From: Agathobacter sp.
GTDB lineage: Bacteria; Bacillota; Clostridia; Lachnospirales; Lachnospiraceae
Direction: 5' to 3'
DNA: 29,676 nt
NCBI GenBank assembly: GCA_963651635.1
Contig: CAVJQN010000063.1
Coordinates: 1 to 29,676, forward strand
The notes beneath the pieces were generated by a model. That model was not told the origin of the DNA. It searched no databases and saw only the letters and a program-made list of their open reading frames with translations. Positions 1-8,621 of this stretch are shown here, piece by piece. The translations under genes and the position numbers were made by a program. Position 1 is the first letter of the stretch; every line of letters begins with the position of its first letter.

Positions 1-21
1 ATCGTCCGTCACAACATCTTC

Positions 22-50
22 TTGCATACCGGCAATGAATACGCCATAAT
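22..50 (+). promoter_or_regulatory. sigma-70/sigma-A-like promoter upstream of the PIN-like remnant and the DUF2232 gene
   Basis: TTGCAT (22-27), 17-bp spacer, CATAAT (45-50). Confidence 0.5.
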
Positions 51-98
51 GCTATCGTCTTGAAAATATCAGAAGCCTGTGCATCAAAGAAAACGTAC

Positions 99-155
99 AT
101 GAAAACGGTCATTGACACAAATGTATTGATCTCAGGCATAAGGAGTACACTCTAA
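99..155 (+). pseudogene. 18-codon remnant resembling the N-terminus of a PIN-domain (VapC-like) toxin
   Basis: Hand translation MKTVIDTNVLISGIRSTL*; hhDTNVLIS is the characteristic first strand/helix of PIN-family proteins. Too short for the ORF track. Confidence 0.45.
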
Positions 156-158
156 CCG

Positions 159-1115
159 ATGAATACACATAAAAATGTTACGCGTCTGACGACCGGCGCG
201 ATGCTCGTCGCGATCTTCGGACTGCTGATGCTTCTCAACCGCCAGACGGGCGGTATGCTGGAGGGCGGATTTCAATATCTGATACCCATCCCGATGGTCG
301 CATATACCGCGCTGTACGGACCGAAGGCTAGCCTGTCGGCATTTGCCGCGATGGCTCTGCTCGCCGTCCTGTTGGGTAATGTCAGCACGCTCTTTTTTAA
401 GATGGCTTGCGTGCTGACAGGCTTCGTGCTGGGGCTGTGCCTGTATAAAAAGCTCGATACCACCAAGACCCTGCTGACGGTCATGCTCATGTCAGCCGCG
501 GTCAATCTGATCGACACCTTCCTGATATCCGCCGTCTTCGGCGTCAGTCTCAAGTCACAGCTCGCCGATATGCAGGAAATGCTGCGTCAGATGGGGGAGC
601 AGGCAGGGATAGCATTTCCGGAGGCGATGCTGGACGACGGCTATCTGCTGCGTGTGCTGATGATTTCCATGGCGTTCGCTGGAGCTTTGCAGGGCTTTAT
701 CATCTATGAAGTGAGCCTGCTGCTGCTGAGAAAGCTGCGCTTTCAGGTGCAGAAGCCGCGTCCGGTATCTACATATCATCCGCCGAAATGGACAGGCGCC
801 ATCGCAGGCTGCGCGGTAGCCGCGATGTTCGCAGTCACCGCTATCGCCGTCAGTCCCGACGGTCGGGTGATCACTCAGTACGAGACGGTCTATGCCGTCT
901 TCCAGACACTGGGGATGGTCGCCACCATGTATCTCGCCGCCTTCGGCATCATCGCGCTGGCAAGGCTCCTGTCCGCATACGGCATGAAGAGCAGGGCGCT
1001 GCGCACGCTCATCTGCTTTCTGTCGCTGATGTTCATGTCACAGCTCGCCATGGTGCTGGGCTTCATGTATATCATGCAGCTCTCCGATATCATACGCTCG
1101 CTAGACGGAAGATGA
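159..1115 (+). CDS. DUF2232/YybS family integral membrane protein
   Basis: 318 aa, multi-TM; N-terminal LTTGAMLVAIFGLL...LIPIPM..Y...YG pattern, soluble segment mid-protein, P-x-W motif; AGGAG at 141-145. Confidence 0.75.
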   Translation: MNTHKNVTRLTTGAMLVAIFGLLMLLNRQTGGMLEGGFQYLIPIPMVAYTALYGPKASLSAFAAMALLAVLLGNVSTLFFKMACVLTGFVLGLCLYKKLDTTKTLLTVMLMSAAVNLIDTFLISAVFGVSLKSQLADMQEMLRQMGEQAGIAFPEAMLDDGYLLRVLMISMAFAGALQGFIIYEVSLLLLRKLRFQVQKPRPVSTYHPPKWTGAIAGCAVAAMFAVTAIAVSPDGRVITQYETVYAVFQTLGMVATMYLAAFGIIALARLLSAYGMKSRALRTLICFLSLMFMSQLAMVLGFMYIMQLSDIIRSLDGR

Positions 1116-1212
1116 GATATGTCAGCAGGTTTTCATACATATCCCGCGGTTCACAGCACGCTTGCGCTGTGCGTTTCATCTTATCCTGATATATCCTGCA
1201 GCATCTTCACTT

Positions 1213-2070
1213 TCATCCGATGATCCCCACCGCGCCGCACACCAGCACCACTATCCCCAGCGCGATGCGGTACCACCCGAATATCTTGAAGTCCCGCGTC
1301 CTGATATAGCTCATCAGAAATCTGATCACAACGAGCGATACCGCCCATGCTGTGAACATTCCGACCGCCAGCACGGCGACTTCCTTCCCGGTATAGCTCC
1401 ATCCGAACTTCAGGAGCTTTAAGAGGCTGGCGCCCGCCATGACGGGAACCGCCAGACAGAAGGTATACTCTGCCGCCGCGGAGCGTGATATGCCTATCAT
1501 CAGAGCGCCTACTATCGTCGCGCCCGAGCGTGACGTCCCCGGAAATATCGCCGCTATGAGCTGGAACAGTCCGATGACCAGCGCACAGGTATAGTCGATA
1601 TCGCCTGCCCGCGTGATGCGCGGCCGTCTGCCCGCCTGCATATTTTCTACTACTATAAAAGCGATGCCGAACAGTATCAGCATGATCGCGACAGTCCGGT
1701 AGTTATAGAAAAGCGCCTCAAGGATATCGTCCATCAGGATGCCGACGACCGCCGCCGGTACGCATGAGACGACTATATGCAGCCAGAGGTCTATGATATC
1801 AGTCTTCACATACGCGCCCCATCCGTCTTTTAAGAGCGGGCGGCGGTTGTCCCTGCGCCCGAACGGCCACAGCCGGCTCCAGAAGAGCATCACGACCGCC
1901 ATGATCGCGCCCAGCTGTATCACCACCTGAAACATGCTGTAAAACTCATCCGACACATCCAGCGCTATCAGACTGTTCAATATGATCAGATGCCCGGTGC
2001 TGCTCACGGGGAGCCACTCCGTGACCCCCTCCACTATACCGAACAGCACCGCCTTGAGTATATCCGACAT
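1213..2070 (-). CDS. uppP: Undecaprenyl-diphosphate phosphatase (BacA/UppP)
   Basis: GIVEGVTEWLPVSSTGH, VIQLGAIMAV, PGTSRSGATI, FGWYRIALG motifs. Confidence 0.97.
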   Translation of the reverse strand: MSDILKAVLFGIVEGVTEWLPVSSTGHLIILNSLIALDVSDEFYSMFQVVIQLGAIMAVVMLFWSRLWPFGRRDNRRPLLKDGWGAYVKTDIIDLWLHIVVSCVPAAVVGILMDDILEALFYNYRTVAIMLILFGIAFIVVENMQAGRRPRITRAGDIDYTCALVIGLFQLIAAIFPGTSRSGATIVGALMIGISRSAAAEYTFCLAVPVMAGASLLKLLKFGWSYTGKEVAVLAVGMFTAWAVSLVVIRFLMSYIRTRDFKIFGWYRIALGIVVLVCGAVGIIG

Positions 2071-2120
2071 AAGGTATCTCCCATCTTTCCGACATTTCCG
2101 ACATTTTCCGTATGTCTGCC

Positions 2121-2129
2121 ATTATAGCA
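2121..2129 (-). promoter_or_regulatory. Extended -10 promoter of uppP
   Basis: Minus strand reads TGcTATAAT about 50 nt upstream of the uppP ATG; no good -35. Confidence 0.5.
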
Positions 2130-2162
2130 CCCGTCTGCGCCATATCTGTATAAAATGTTTGA

Positions 2163-2192
2163 GACGGGAGCCTGCTCGCGCAAGCCCCCGCC
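2163..2192 (-). terminator. GC-rich hairpin, probable terminator of the long leftward operon
   Basis: Minus strand GGCGGGGGCTTGC-GCGA-GCAGGCTCCCGTC (G-U pairs, GNRA loop), followed by only a weak/late U tract. Confidence 0.4.
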
Positions 2193-2286
2193 CCAAACTT
2201 TAGGTAGGTAGGTAAATATGATGATGCCCACGAATGTTTTGCAGGATTGCCGGAGCGCAAAGCGCGTGGCAATCCGGGGGGCATCA

Positions 2287-3477
2287 TTACAAACAGAGGT
2301 CCGGATTCGCCACGGCGAAGAATTCCACTCCGTCCTGCGTGATCACGAATGTATCCTCTATATTGTAACTGTGGTTTCTGGAGCTGTAGTACGGCACCTC
2401 CATGCAGAAGACCATACCTGGCTCGAGCGGACGCTTCTCGCCGGGAGCCAGATACGGAGCCTCCTCGGGCGAGCGGCTGCATCCCAGACTGTGTCCGTGA
2501 TGTCCGCGTATATATCCTTCTATGCCGCGCTCTGCTACCACGCGCTGCACCTCAAAGAACGCGTTGCACATAGGCTCGCCGGGGCCGAGGCATGCCTTTC
2601 CCGCCTCAAAGCCCTTGTAGAGCGTATCGTAGATCCTCTCGCGGTTGGCATTGGTCTTGCCGCCCACGGCAAATGTACGTGCGAGGTCTGCATTGTACGC
2701 ATTGACCTTCACACCGCCGTCCAGACGGATGATATCGCCTCTCTCGATGCGTCCCGTGCGCGGGATGCATGCCGGGGCGAAGTTCGCGCCCACGGTATGT
2801 GCCTTAAAGACATCCATGACCTCGTTGGACTGCGCCCAGCACTTCTGATTGTAGATCTGGAATACGTCCGCCTCGGTCATGCCCGGCACGATGGCTCTCG
2901 CCGCCTCCAGCATAGCCAGCTCAGTATAGTGGGCAGCCTTTCTGAGGTTTTCGATCTCCCACGGTGTCTTGATGACCCTCGCCTCGCGCATAGCCTCCGC
3001 GCAGTCCTTGATGTGATCCGCACCGAAGACCGACTCCAGATATGCATACGGCTTGTAGGGCAGATAGTTCGGCTCTACTCCGAGTACCGCCCTGTCCTTG
3101 TTCGGGATGACCTCGACTGCCATCTCATAGGTCTTGAGCGGGTTGTTGACGACCTCTTTTTTCTCGCCCGGCTTCGTATAGTCCTCTATATATACCCACG
3201 TCGGATATGTATGTATCTCCACATACTCCGGATCTACGGACAGCGCCGCATTCTGCTTCTCAAATTCCGTGCAGAATACATACGCCTTTCCGTCCTTTGT
3301 GACTACAGCTGTCGAGAGTCCCAGTCTGCCTGTCTGATAGGGGATGGCTGTCGCAAAGCCCGTAGCATAAAAGACAGAATCGGGAGATGTCAGCAGCAGC
3401 GCATCTATCCCGGTACGCTCCATCTGCGGAACCAGTCTGTCAAGAAATTCCTTTTGATTGCGTTTCATCTCGTACAT
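2287..3477 (-). CDS. M24B Xaa-Pro peptidase/prolidase-like metallohydrolase (creatinase-N domain plus pita-bread domain)
   Basis: ARVIKTPWEI, LDGG...YNADLART, GHHGHSLG, MEVPYY, IEDT; all five metal ligands D,D,H,E,E present. Confidence 0.9.
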   Translation of the reverse strand: MYEMKRNQKEFLDRLVPQMERTGIDALLLTSPDSVFYATGFATAIPYQTGRLGLSTAVVTKDGKAYVFCTEFEKQNAALSVDPEYVEIHTYPTWVYIEDYTKPGEKKEVVNNPLKTYEMAVEVIPNKDRAVLGVEPNYLPYKPYAYLESVFGADHIKDCAEAMREARVIKTPWEIENLRKAAHYTELAMLEAARAIVPGMTEADVFQIYNQKCWAQSNEVMDVFKAHTVGANFAPACIPRTGRIERGDIIRLDGGVKVNAYNADLARTFAVGGKTNANRERIYDTLYKGFEAGKACLGPGEPMCNAFFEVQRVVAERGIEGYIRGHHGHSLGCSRSPEEAPYLAPGEKRPLEPGMVFCMEVPYYSSRNHSYNIEDTFVITQDGVEFFAVANPDLCL

Positions 3478-3494
3478 CCTCCTTGATGCATTGA

Positions 3495-4676
3495 TCAGAA
3501 CATGCTCTTATATATCTTCTCTATGCTCTCGAGCGCAGTCGTTATCGTGCTGCGCGGGCATGCGATATTCATGCGCATGAAGCCCGAACCCTCGGGTGCT
3601 CCGAACCAGAAGCCCTTGTCCAGCGCCACCTTTGCCTTGTTCGTGAAGAAATCGTCCAGATCCGCGTCGGACAGTCCCATCTCGCGGCAGTCCAGCCATA
3701 CCAGGAATGTTCCCTCCGGCTGTATCAGGCGGATATGCGGCATCCTCGCCTGCAGCTCCTTGTCCAGATATGCGATATTGCCCTCCAGATATGTAAGGAG
3801 CTGTCCCAGATATTCCTCTCCGCTGTGATATGCCGCTATGCAGCCGTCCAGACCGAAGGTGGATACGAGCGCGCACTTGTTCGTATTGAACTGTGCCGCC
3901 ATACGGCTGCGCAGGTGCTCGTTTTCAGCGATGACTGCCGCCGTACGCAGACCCGCCAGATTGAAGGTCTTGCTGGGTGCTACCGCCGTAACCGTGATGC
4001 TGCTTATCTCCTCGGACAGTGAGGCGATCGGTGTATGAGTGTGTCCCGAATATACGATATCGCCGTGGATCTCGTCACTGAATATCAGGACATTGTGACG
4101 CAGACATATCTCGCCTATCCGGCGAAGCTCATCCGGCGTAAATACGCGCCCGCCCGGGTTGTGCGGGTTGCACAGCAGCATGAGCTTTACGTCGGGTGCC
4201 GCTGCCGCCTCATCCAGCGCGTCAAAATCTATCTCATAGTGTCCGTCCTTCATCACCAGCGGGCAGTTCTTGACCACGCGGTCATTGTCCTCGATGGCAT
4301 TGGTGAAGGGGTAGTAAACCGGGCGCTGTATGAGTACCTTGTCTCCGGGCTTGGTCAGGCACTGTACAGCCGCATACATGGCGGGGATGACGCTTGCCAC
4401 GTACAGCACGGACGAGGGATCCACATTCCAGCCGTGACGGCGCTTCTGCCATCCTGCCACCTCATTGTAGAAATCCCGGTGAGCATACGGATATCCGAAT
4501 ATTCCCAGCTCTATCCTCTCCTTGAGTGCATCTATGACGGGCTGCGGTGCACGGAAATCCATATCTGCCACCCACATGGGCAGCGCATCCGGGTTGCCTA
4601 TACGCGCACCTACATTATCCCATTTCGAGCTGCGTGTATTTCTGCGCTCGATGATTTCATCAAAATCGTACTGCAT
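3495..4676 (-). CDS. patB: PatB/MalY family PLP-dependent C-S lyase (cystathionine beta-lyase-like)
   Basis: LPMWVADMDF, GIFGY, LCNPHNPGGRVF, SDEIHGD, APSKTFNLAGL (PLP Lys), FMRMNIACP. Confidence 0.92.
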   Translation of the reverse strand: MQYDFDEIIERRNTRSSKWDNVGARIGNPDALPMWVADMDFRAPQPVIDALKERIELGIFGYPYAHRDFYNEVAGWQKRRHGWNVDPSSVLYVASVIPAMYAAVQCLTKPGDKVLIQRPVYYPFTNAIEDNDRVVKNCPLVMKDGHYEIDFDALDEAAAAPDVKLMLLCNPHNPGGRVFTPDELRRIGEICLRHNVLIFSDEIHGDIVYSGHTHTPIASLSEEISSITVTAVAPSKTFNLAGLRTAAVIAENEHLRSRMAAQFNTNKCALVSTFGLDGCIAAYHSGEEYLGQLLTYLEGNIAYLDKELQARMPHIRLIQPEGTFLVWLDCREMGLSDADLDDFFTNKAKVALDKGFWFGAPEGSGFMRMNIACPRSTITTALESIEKIYKSMF

Positions 4677-4718
4677 ATTGATCTCCTTATGTTTGCAAAA
4701 GGTCTTTTGCCGCCGGCA

Positions 4719-5687
4719 TCATTTCAGCCCGTTGATTGCGCGCACGTTGTGGCAGGCCACGAAGTGCTTGGGCAGTACCTCCTCTATCTGAGGATCATCC
4801 TTGAAGCAGATATCCGTAGCATACGGGCATCTCGGTGCAAAGCGGCATCCCGGCTTGGGATTGATGGGAGAGGATACCTCTCCGCGGATGAGCTCGCGCT
4901 CCTTGCGCTCTCCCACTACGGGCAGCGGTATCGCCGCCAGCAGAGCCTTCGTATAGGGATGGAGCGTATTGTCAAACAGCTCGTCCGCCTCGCTCTTTTC
5001 TGCCAGCTTGCCCAGATACATGACCAGTATGTCGTCGGATATATGCTTCACGACCGACAGGTCATGCGTGATAAACATATATGTCAGCTTCATATCCTCC
5101 TGCAGATCCTGCATCAGGTTCAGCACCTGTGCCTGGATGGAGACATCCAGCGCGGATACGGGCTCGTCGCATACGATGAACTTGGGCTTGAGCGCCAGTG
5201 CGCGTGCGATGCCGATACGCTGACGGCGTCCGCCGTCCAGCTCGTGGGGATATGAATATGTCAGACGCTCCGCCAGACCCACGCGATCCATGAGCCTTCT
5301 GACCATGGCATCCAGCTCGTCCGTGGTCTTGCATACCTTGTGTATGCGCAGCGGCTCCGCTATGGAGTCGTATACGCTCATACGCGGATCCAGCGATGAG
5401 AAGGGATCCTGAAAGATCAGCTGCATATCGCGGCGTGTCTCAAAGAAGCGCTTCGTGCCGCGGATATATGTGACATCCTCGCCGTCGAACATGATCTTGC
5501 CGTCGGTGACGTCGAGCAGGTTCAGTATCGTACGTCCGAGAGTGGACTTGCCGCAGCCGGACTCTCCGACCACTCCCAGCGTCTTGCTTCTCTCTATGTA
5601 GAAGGAGAGACCGTCTACCGCGTGGAGCTTGCCCTTGGGCGTATTGAAATATTTTTTCAGATCCGTAACTTCCAGAATCTTATCCAT
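4719..5687 (-). CDS. Opp/Dpp-type ABC transporter ATP-binding subunit (OppF/DppF-like)
   Basis: Walker [14 protein letters not shown], variant signature [18 protein letters not shown]-terminal oligo_HPY with Cys motif. Confidence 0.95.
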   Translation of the reverse strand: MDKILEVTDLKKYFNTPKGKLHAVDGLSFYIERSKTLGVVGESGCGKSTLGRTILNLLDVTDGKIMFDGEDVTYIRGTKRFFETRRDMQLIFQDPFSSLDPRMSVYDSIAEPLRIHKVCKTTDELDAMVRRLMDRVGLAERLTYSYPHELDGGRRQRIGIARALALKPKFIVCDEPVSALDVSIQAQVLNLMQDLQEDMKLTYMFITHDLSVVKHISDDILVMYLGKLAEKSEADELFDNTLHPYTKALLAAIPLPVVGERKERELIRGEVSSPINPKPGCRFAPRCPYATDICFKDDPQIEEVLPKHFVACHNVRAINGLK

Positions 5688-6663
5688 CTATCTCACCTGC
5701 TTTCTCTTCGTAGCCGTGGCAGCGCACGAAATGTCCCGGAGCGATCTCACGGTTCGTCGGCTCCTCCTGACGGCAGCGCTCCGTGGCATACGGGCATCGC
5801 GGGTTGAACTTGCAGCCTTTCGGCAGCTCGCACGGATTCGGTGTCAGTCCCTCGATAGGTGTCAGACGATGCACCTTTGTCTTCAAATTCGGGATGGAGG
5901 CGAAGAGCCCCTTGGTATACGGATGGCTCGTATGATTGTAGATATCCTCCAGCGTGCCGGACTCCACTATCTGACCGGCGTACATTACGGCGACCTTGTC
6001 GCATATCTCTGCTACTACTCCCAGATCGTGAGTGATCATGATCATGGAGGTGTTGAATTTCTCCTTGAGCTTGCTCATCATCGTCAGAACCTGCGCCTGG
6101 ATCGTCACGTCCAGAGCGGTCGTCGGCTCGTCTGCGATCAGCAGCGACGGGTTGCAGGCAAGAGCAATCGCTATCACGACCCTCTGCTTCATGCCGCCCG
6201 AGAACTGGTGCGGATACTCTCCGAAGCGCTCCGCGGGTATACCGACGATCTCCAGCATCTCCGCCGCTCTCTTGTGTGCGTCCGCACGGGAAAAGCCTTT
6301 TTCATGCAGCTTTACGACCTCTGCTATCTGATCCCCGACCGGGATGATCGGGTTGAGCGCCGTCATCGGATCCTGAAAGATCATGGTGATCTTCTCACCG
6401 CGTATCTTTCTCATCTCCGCCTCGCTCAGTGTCAGCAGATTGCGATCCTCAAATATGATCTCACCGTCTGTGATCCTGCCGGGAGGTGCAGGCACCAGCC
6501 GCATGATTCCGAGAGCCGTCGTTGTCTTTCCTGCACCCGTCTCGCCCACGAGACCCAGAGTTTCACCCTTCTCCAGCGAGAGGTCGACCCCGTTCACCGC
6601 CTCTACGGTACCGTCGTCGGTGACGAAGTTGATGCGAAGATCATGAATACTTAAAAAACTCAT
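5680..6663 (-). CDS. Opp/Dpp-type ABC transporter ATP-binding subunit (OppD/DppD-like)
   Basis: GETGAGKTT, FSGGMKQR, ADEPTTALD, HPYT, GCKFNPRC; 8-nt overlap with the next gene. Confidence 0.95.
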   Translation of the reverse strand: MSFLSIHDLRINFVTDDGTVEAVNGVDLSLEKGETLGLVGETGAGKTTTALGIMRLVPAPPGRITDGEIIFEDRNLLTLSEAEMRKIRGEKITMIFQDPMTALNPIIPVGDQIAEVVKLHEKGFSRADAHKRAAEMLEIVGIPAERFGEYPHQFSGGMKQRVVIAIALACNPSLLIADEPTTALDVTIQAQVLTMMSKLKEKFNTSMIMITHDLGVVAEICDKVAVMYAGQIVESGTLEDIYNHTSHPYTKGLFASIPNLKTKVHRLTPIEGLTPNPCELPKGCKFNPRCPYATERCRQEEPTNREIAPGHFVRCHGYEEKAGEIDG

Positions 6664-6673
6664 GCTGCTCCTC

Positions 6674-7549
6674 CTATTTCAGTCTGGGATCCAGTGCGTC
6701 GCGCAGACCATCGCCTATCAGGTTCATGCAGACGATGCTGGTGACTATAACCAGTCCCGGGAATATCACAAACGTAGGGCTGTCATACAGATAGTTCCTC
6801 GCCTCGGAGAGTATGCTTCCCCACTCCGGTGTGGGCGGGTTGACTCCGAGACCCAGAAAGCTGAGGCTGGAGCTTGCCATGATGCCGCTTCCTATGCTCA
6901 GCGATGCCTGCACTATGATGGGAGCCAGTGAGTTCGGAAGCAGGTGGCTGACGATGATCTTCCACGATTTCTCGCCGAGCGCTCTCGATGCCTCGATATA
7001 CTCCGACTCCTTGATCGTCATGACCGATGCCCTGATGACACGTGCAAATCTCGGTATATTGGTGATGCCGACTGCTATCATGCAGTTGTAGATGCCGCTT
7101 CCCAGCGTCGCGGATATCGCGATAGCCAGCAGCATACTCGGTATCGACTGGAATACATCCAGCACTCGCATCACGTACATATCGAACTTGCCGCCCTTGT
7201 ATGCGGATACGGCTCCGATGGAGCAGCCGAAGAGCATGCCTATGCCCACGGCGATGAAGCCGACTGCCAGAGATATACGTCCTCCGTATACTATTCTGGC
7301 GAAGAGGTCTCTTCCGAGGTGATCCGTGCCCAGCCAGTACTGACTCGACGGACCTGCGAGGATATTGCTCAGATCACTGGAGCTGATGTCATGAACCGTG
7401 ATGAAATCCGCAAATATCGCGGAGAGCACCAGCAGTACCATGATCACTGCCGAGATCACCGCCGCCTTGTTCTTCATATAGCGGTGAAGTATCTGACGCA
7501 TATTGGAATTTTTCTTCCTGCGCTTCTCTGATGACTGATTCTGTGCCAT
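6674..7549 (-). CDS. Opp/Dpp-type ABC transporter permease (OppC/DppC-like)
   Basis: LGTDHLGRD, EYIEASRALGE (EAA loop), HLLPN, LSFLGLG, GDGLRDALDP. Confidence 0.95.
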   Translation of the reverse strand: MAQNQSSEKRRKKNSNMRQILHRYMKNKAAVISAVIMVLLVLSAIFADFITVHDISSSDLSNILAGPSSQYWLGTDHLGRDLFARIVYGGRISLAVGFIAVGIGMLFGCSIGAVSAYKGGKFDMYVMRVLDVFQSIPSMLLAIAISATLGSGIYNCMIAVGITNIPRFARVIRASVMTIKESEYIEASRALGEKSWKIIVSHLLPNSLAPIIVQASLSIGSGIMASSSLSFLGLGVNPPTPEWGSILSEARNYLYDSPTFVIFPGLVIVTSIVCMNLIGDGLRDALDPRLK

Positions 7550-7551
7550 GC

Positions 7552-8523
7552 TTACACCCCCTCTTTCTGAGCAGCACTCTTGTGAGCACGCTTGGGAGTC
7601 TGATACTGTGACTTGATACGCGGATCGATATACGCATATACGATATCAACCAGCAGATTCACTACGCCGTATGCCAGCGCTATCAAAAGAACACCTCCGC
7701 GCACTATCGGGTAGTCACGCGCCTTGACTGCATCGACGAGATAGCGTCCCAGACCCGGGATAGAGAAGATCGACTCTGTCAGTATCGAGCCTCCGAGGCT
7801 GATTCCGATACGTATTCCTATGATAGTCACGACGGGGATCAGCGCGTTTTTCAAAGCGTGATGCCAGATGACGGTTCTCTCTGACGCGCCCTTGGCACGT
7901 GCGGTTCTGATATAGTCCTGACGGATGACCTCCAGCATGCTGGATCTGGTGGATCTCATGATCTCACCGGTCACGCTCATACCGAGACATACCATCGGCA
8001 GCACCCAGTACTTGGGACCGTAGAAGCCGGATGCCGGGAGCCATTTCAGATTAACCGCAAATATGATGATGAGCATGAAGCCCGACCAGAAGTTGGGCAT
8101 CGATACAAAGACGAGCGATACCAGCCTCGCCACGGTATCGATCAGCTTGTTCTGGTGCGTCGCCGAGACTATGCCCAGCGGTATCGCCACCACGACCGCT
8201 ACCATCGTGCTCAAAAGAGCGAGCTTCATAGTAGTCGGGAAGCGTTCCAGCAGATCCTGCGATACGGAGCGTCCGTTCAGATAGGACGTACCGAAATCGC
8301 CGTGACATACATTCCAGATGTATTTGCCCAGCTGCACGATATACGGATCGTTCAGACCGAGAGACTCACGGCATGCCTCCAGCTCCTCCTGAGTCGCGGT
8401 ATCACCCAGTATGGTGATGGCGGGATCGCCCGGCGTGAAATAAAGCAATGTGAATATCAGCACCGCTACGCCCAGCAGCACCGGGATCAGCAGCAGTATC
8501 CTGCGGAGAATATATTTGATCAT
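7552..8523 (-). CDS. Opp/Dpp-type ABC transporter permease (OppB/DppB-like)
   Basis: Start moved to MIKYILRR (8523, AGGAG RBS upstream) from the ORF-track 8598; PGDPA, QDYIRTARAKG, HALKN, RDYP, DPRI. Confidence 0.93.
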   Translation of the reverse strand: MIKYILRRILLLIPVLLGVAVLIFTLLYFTPGDPAITILGDTATQEELEACRESLGLNDPYIVQLGKYIWNVCHGDFGTSYLNGRSVSQDLLERFPTTMKLALLSTMVAVVVAIPLGIVSATHQNKLIDTVARLVSLVFVSMPNFWSGFMLIIIFAVNLKWLPASGFYGPKYWVLPMVCLGMSVTGEIMRSTRSSMLEVIRQDYIRTARAKGASERTVIWHHALKNALIPVVTIIGIRIGISLGGSILTESIFSIPGLGRYLVDAVKARDYPIVRGGVLLIALAYGVVNLLVDIVYAYIDPRIKSQYQTPKRAHKSAAQKEGV

Positions 8524-8565
8524 CGCGGATTTCTTTCTCCTTCCTATGTACCTTCCTTGATTAGC

Positions 8566-8594
8566 CTGCCGGAGCCTTATATCCTCTCCGGCAG
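8566..8594 (-). other. Intergenic stem-loop between SBP gene and permease
   Basis: CTGCCGGAG (8566-8574) / CTCCGGCAG (8586-8594) perfect 9-bp inverted repeat, no U tract. Confidence 0.55.
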
Positions 8595-8621
8595 ACATGT
8601 GTATCGCTCTAATATCTCAGA

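Noticed and set aside
1152..1171. Hairpin CACAGC...GCTGTG between convergent DUF2232 and uppP
   Set aside because: Only a 6-bp stem with a poor U tract; too weak to call a terminator
2218..6654. Long + strand ORFs 2218-3486, 4035-5255 and 5629-6654
   Set aside because: Antisense shadows of well-supported minus-strand genes in GC-rich DNA; no recognisable motifs
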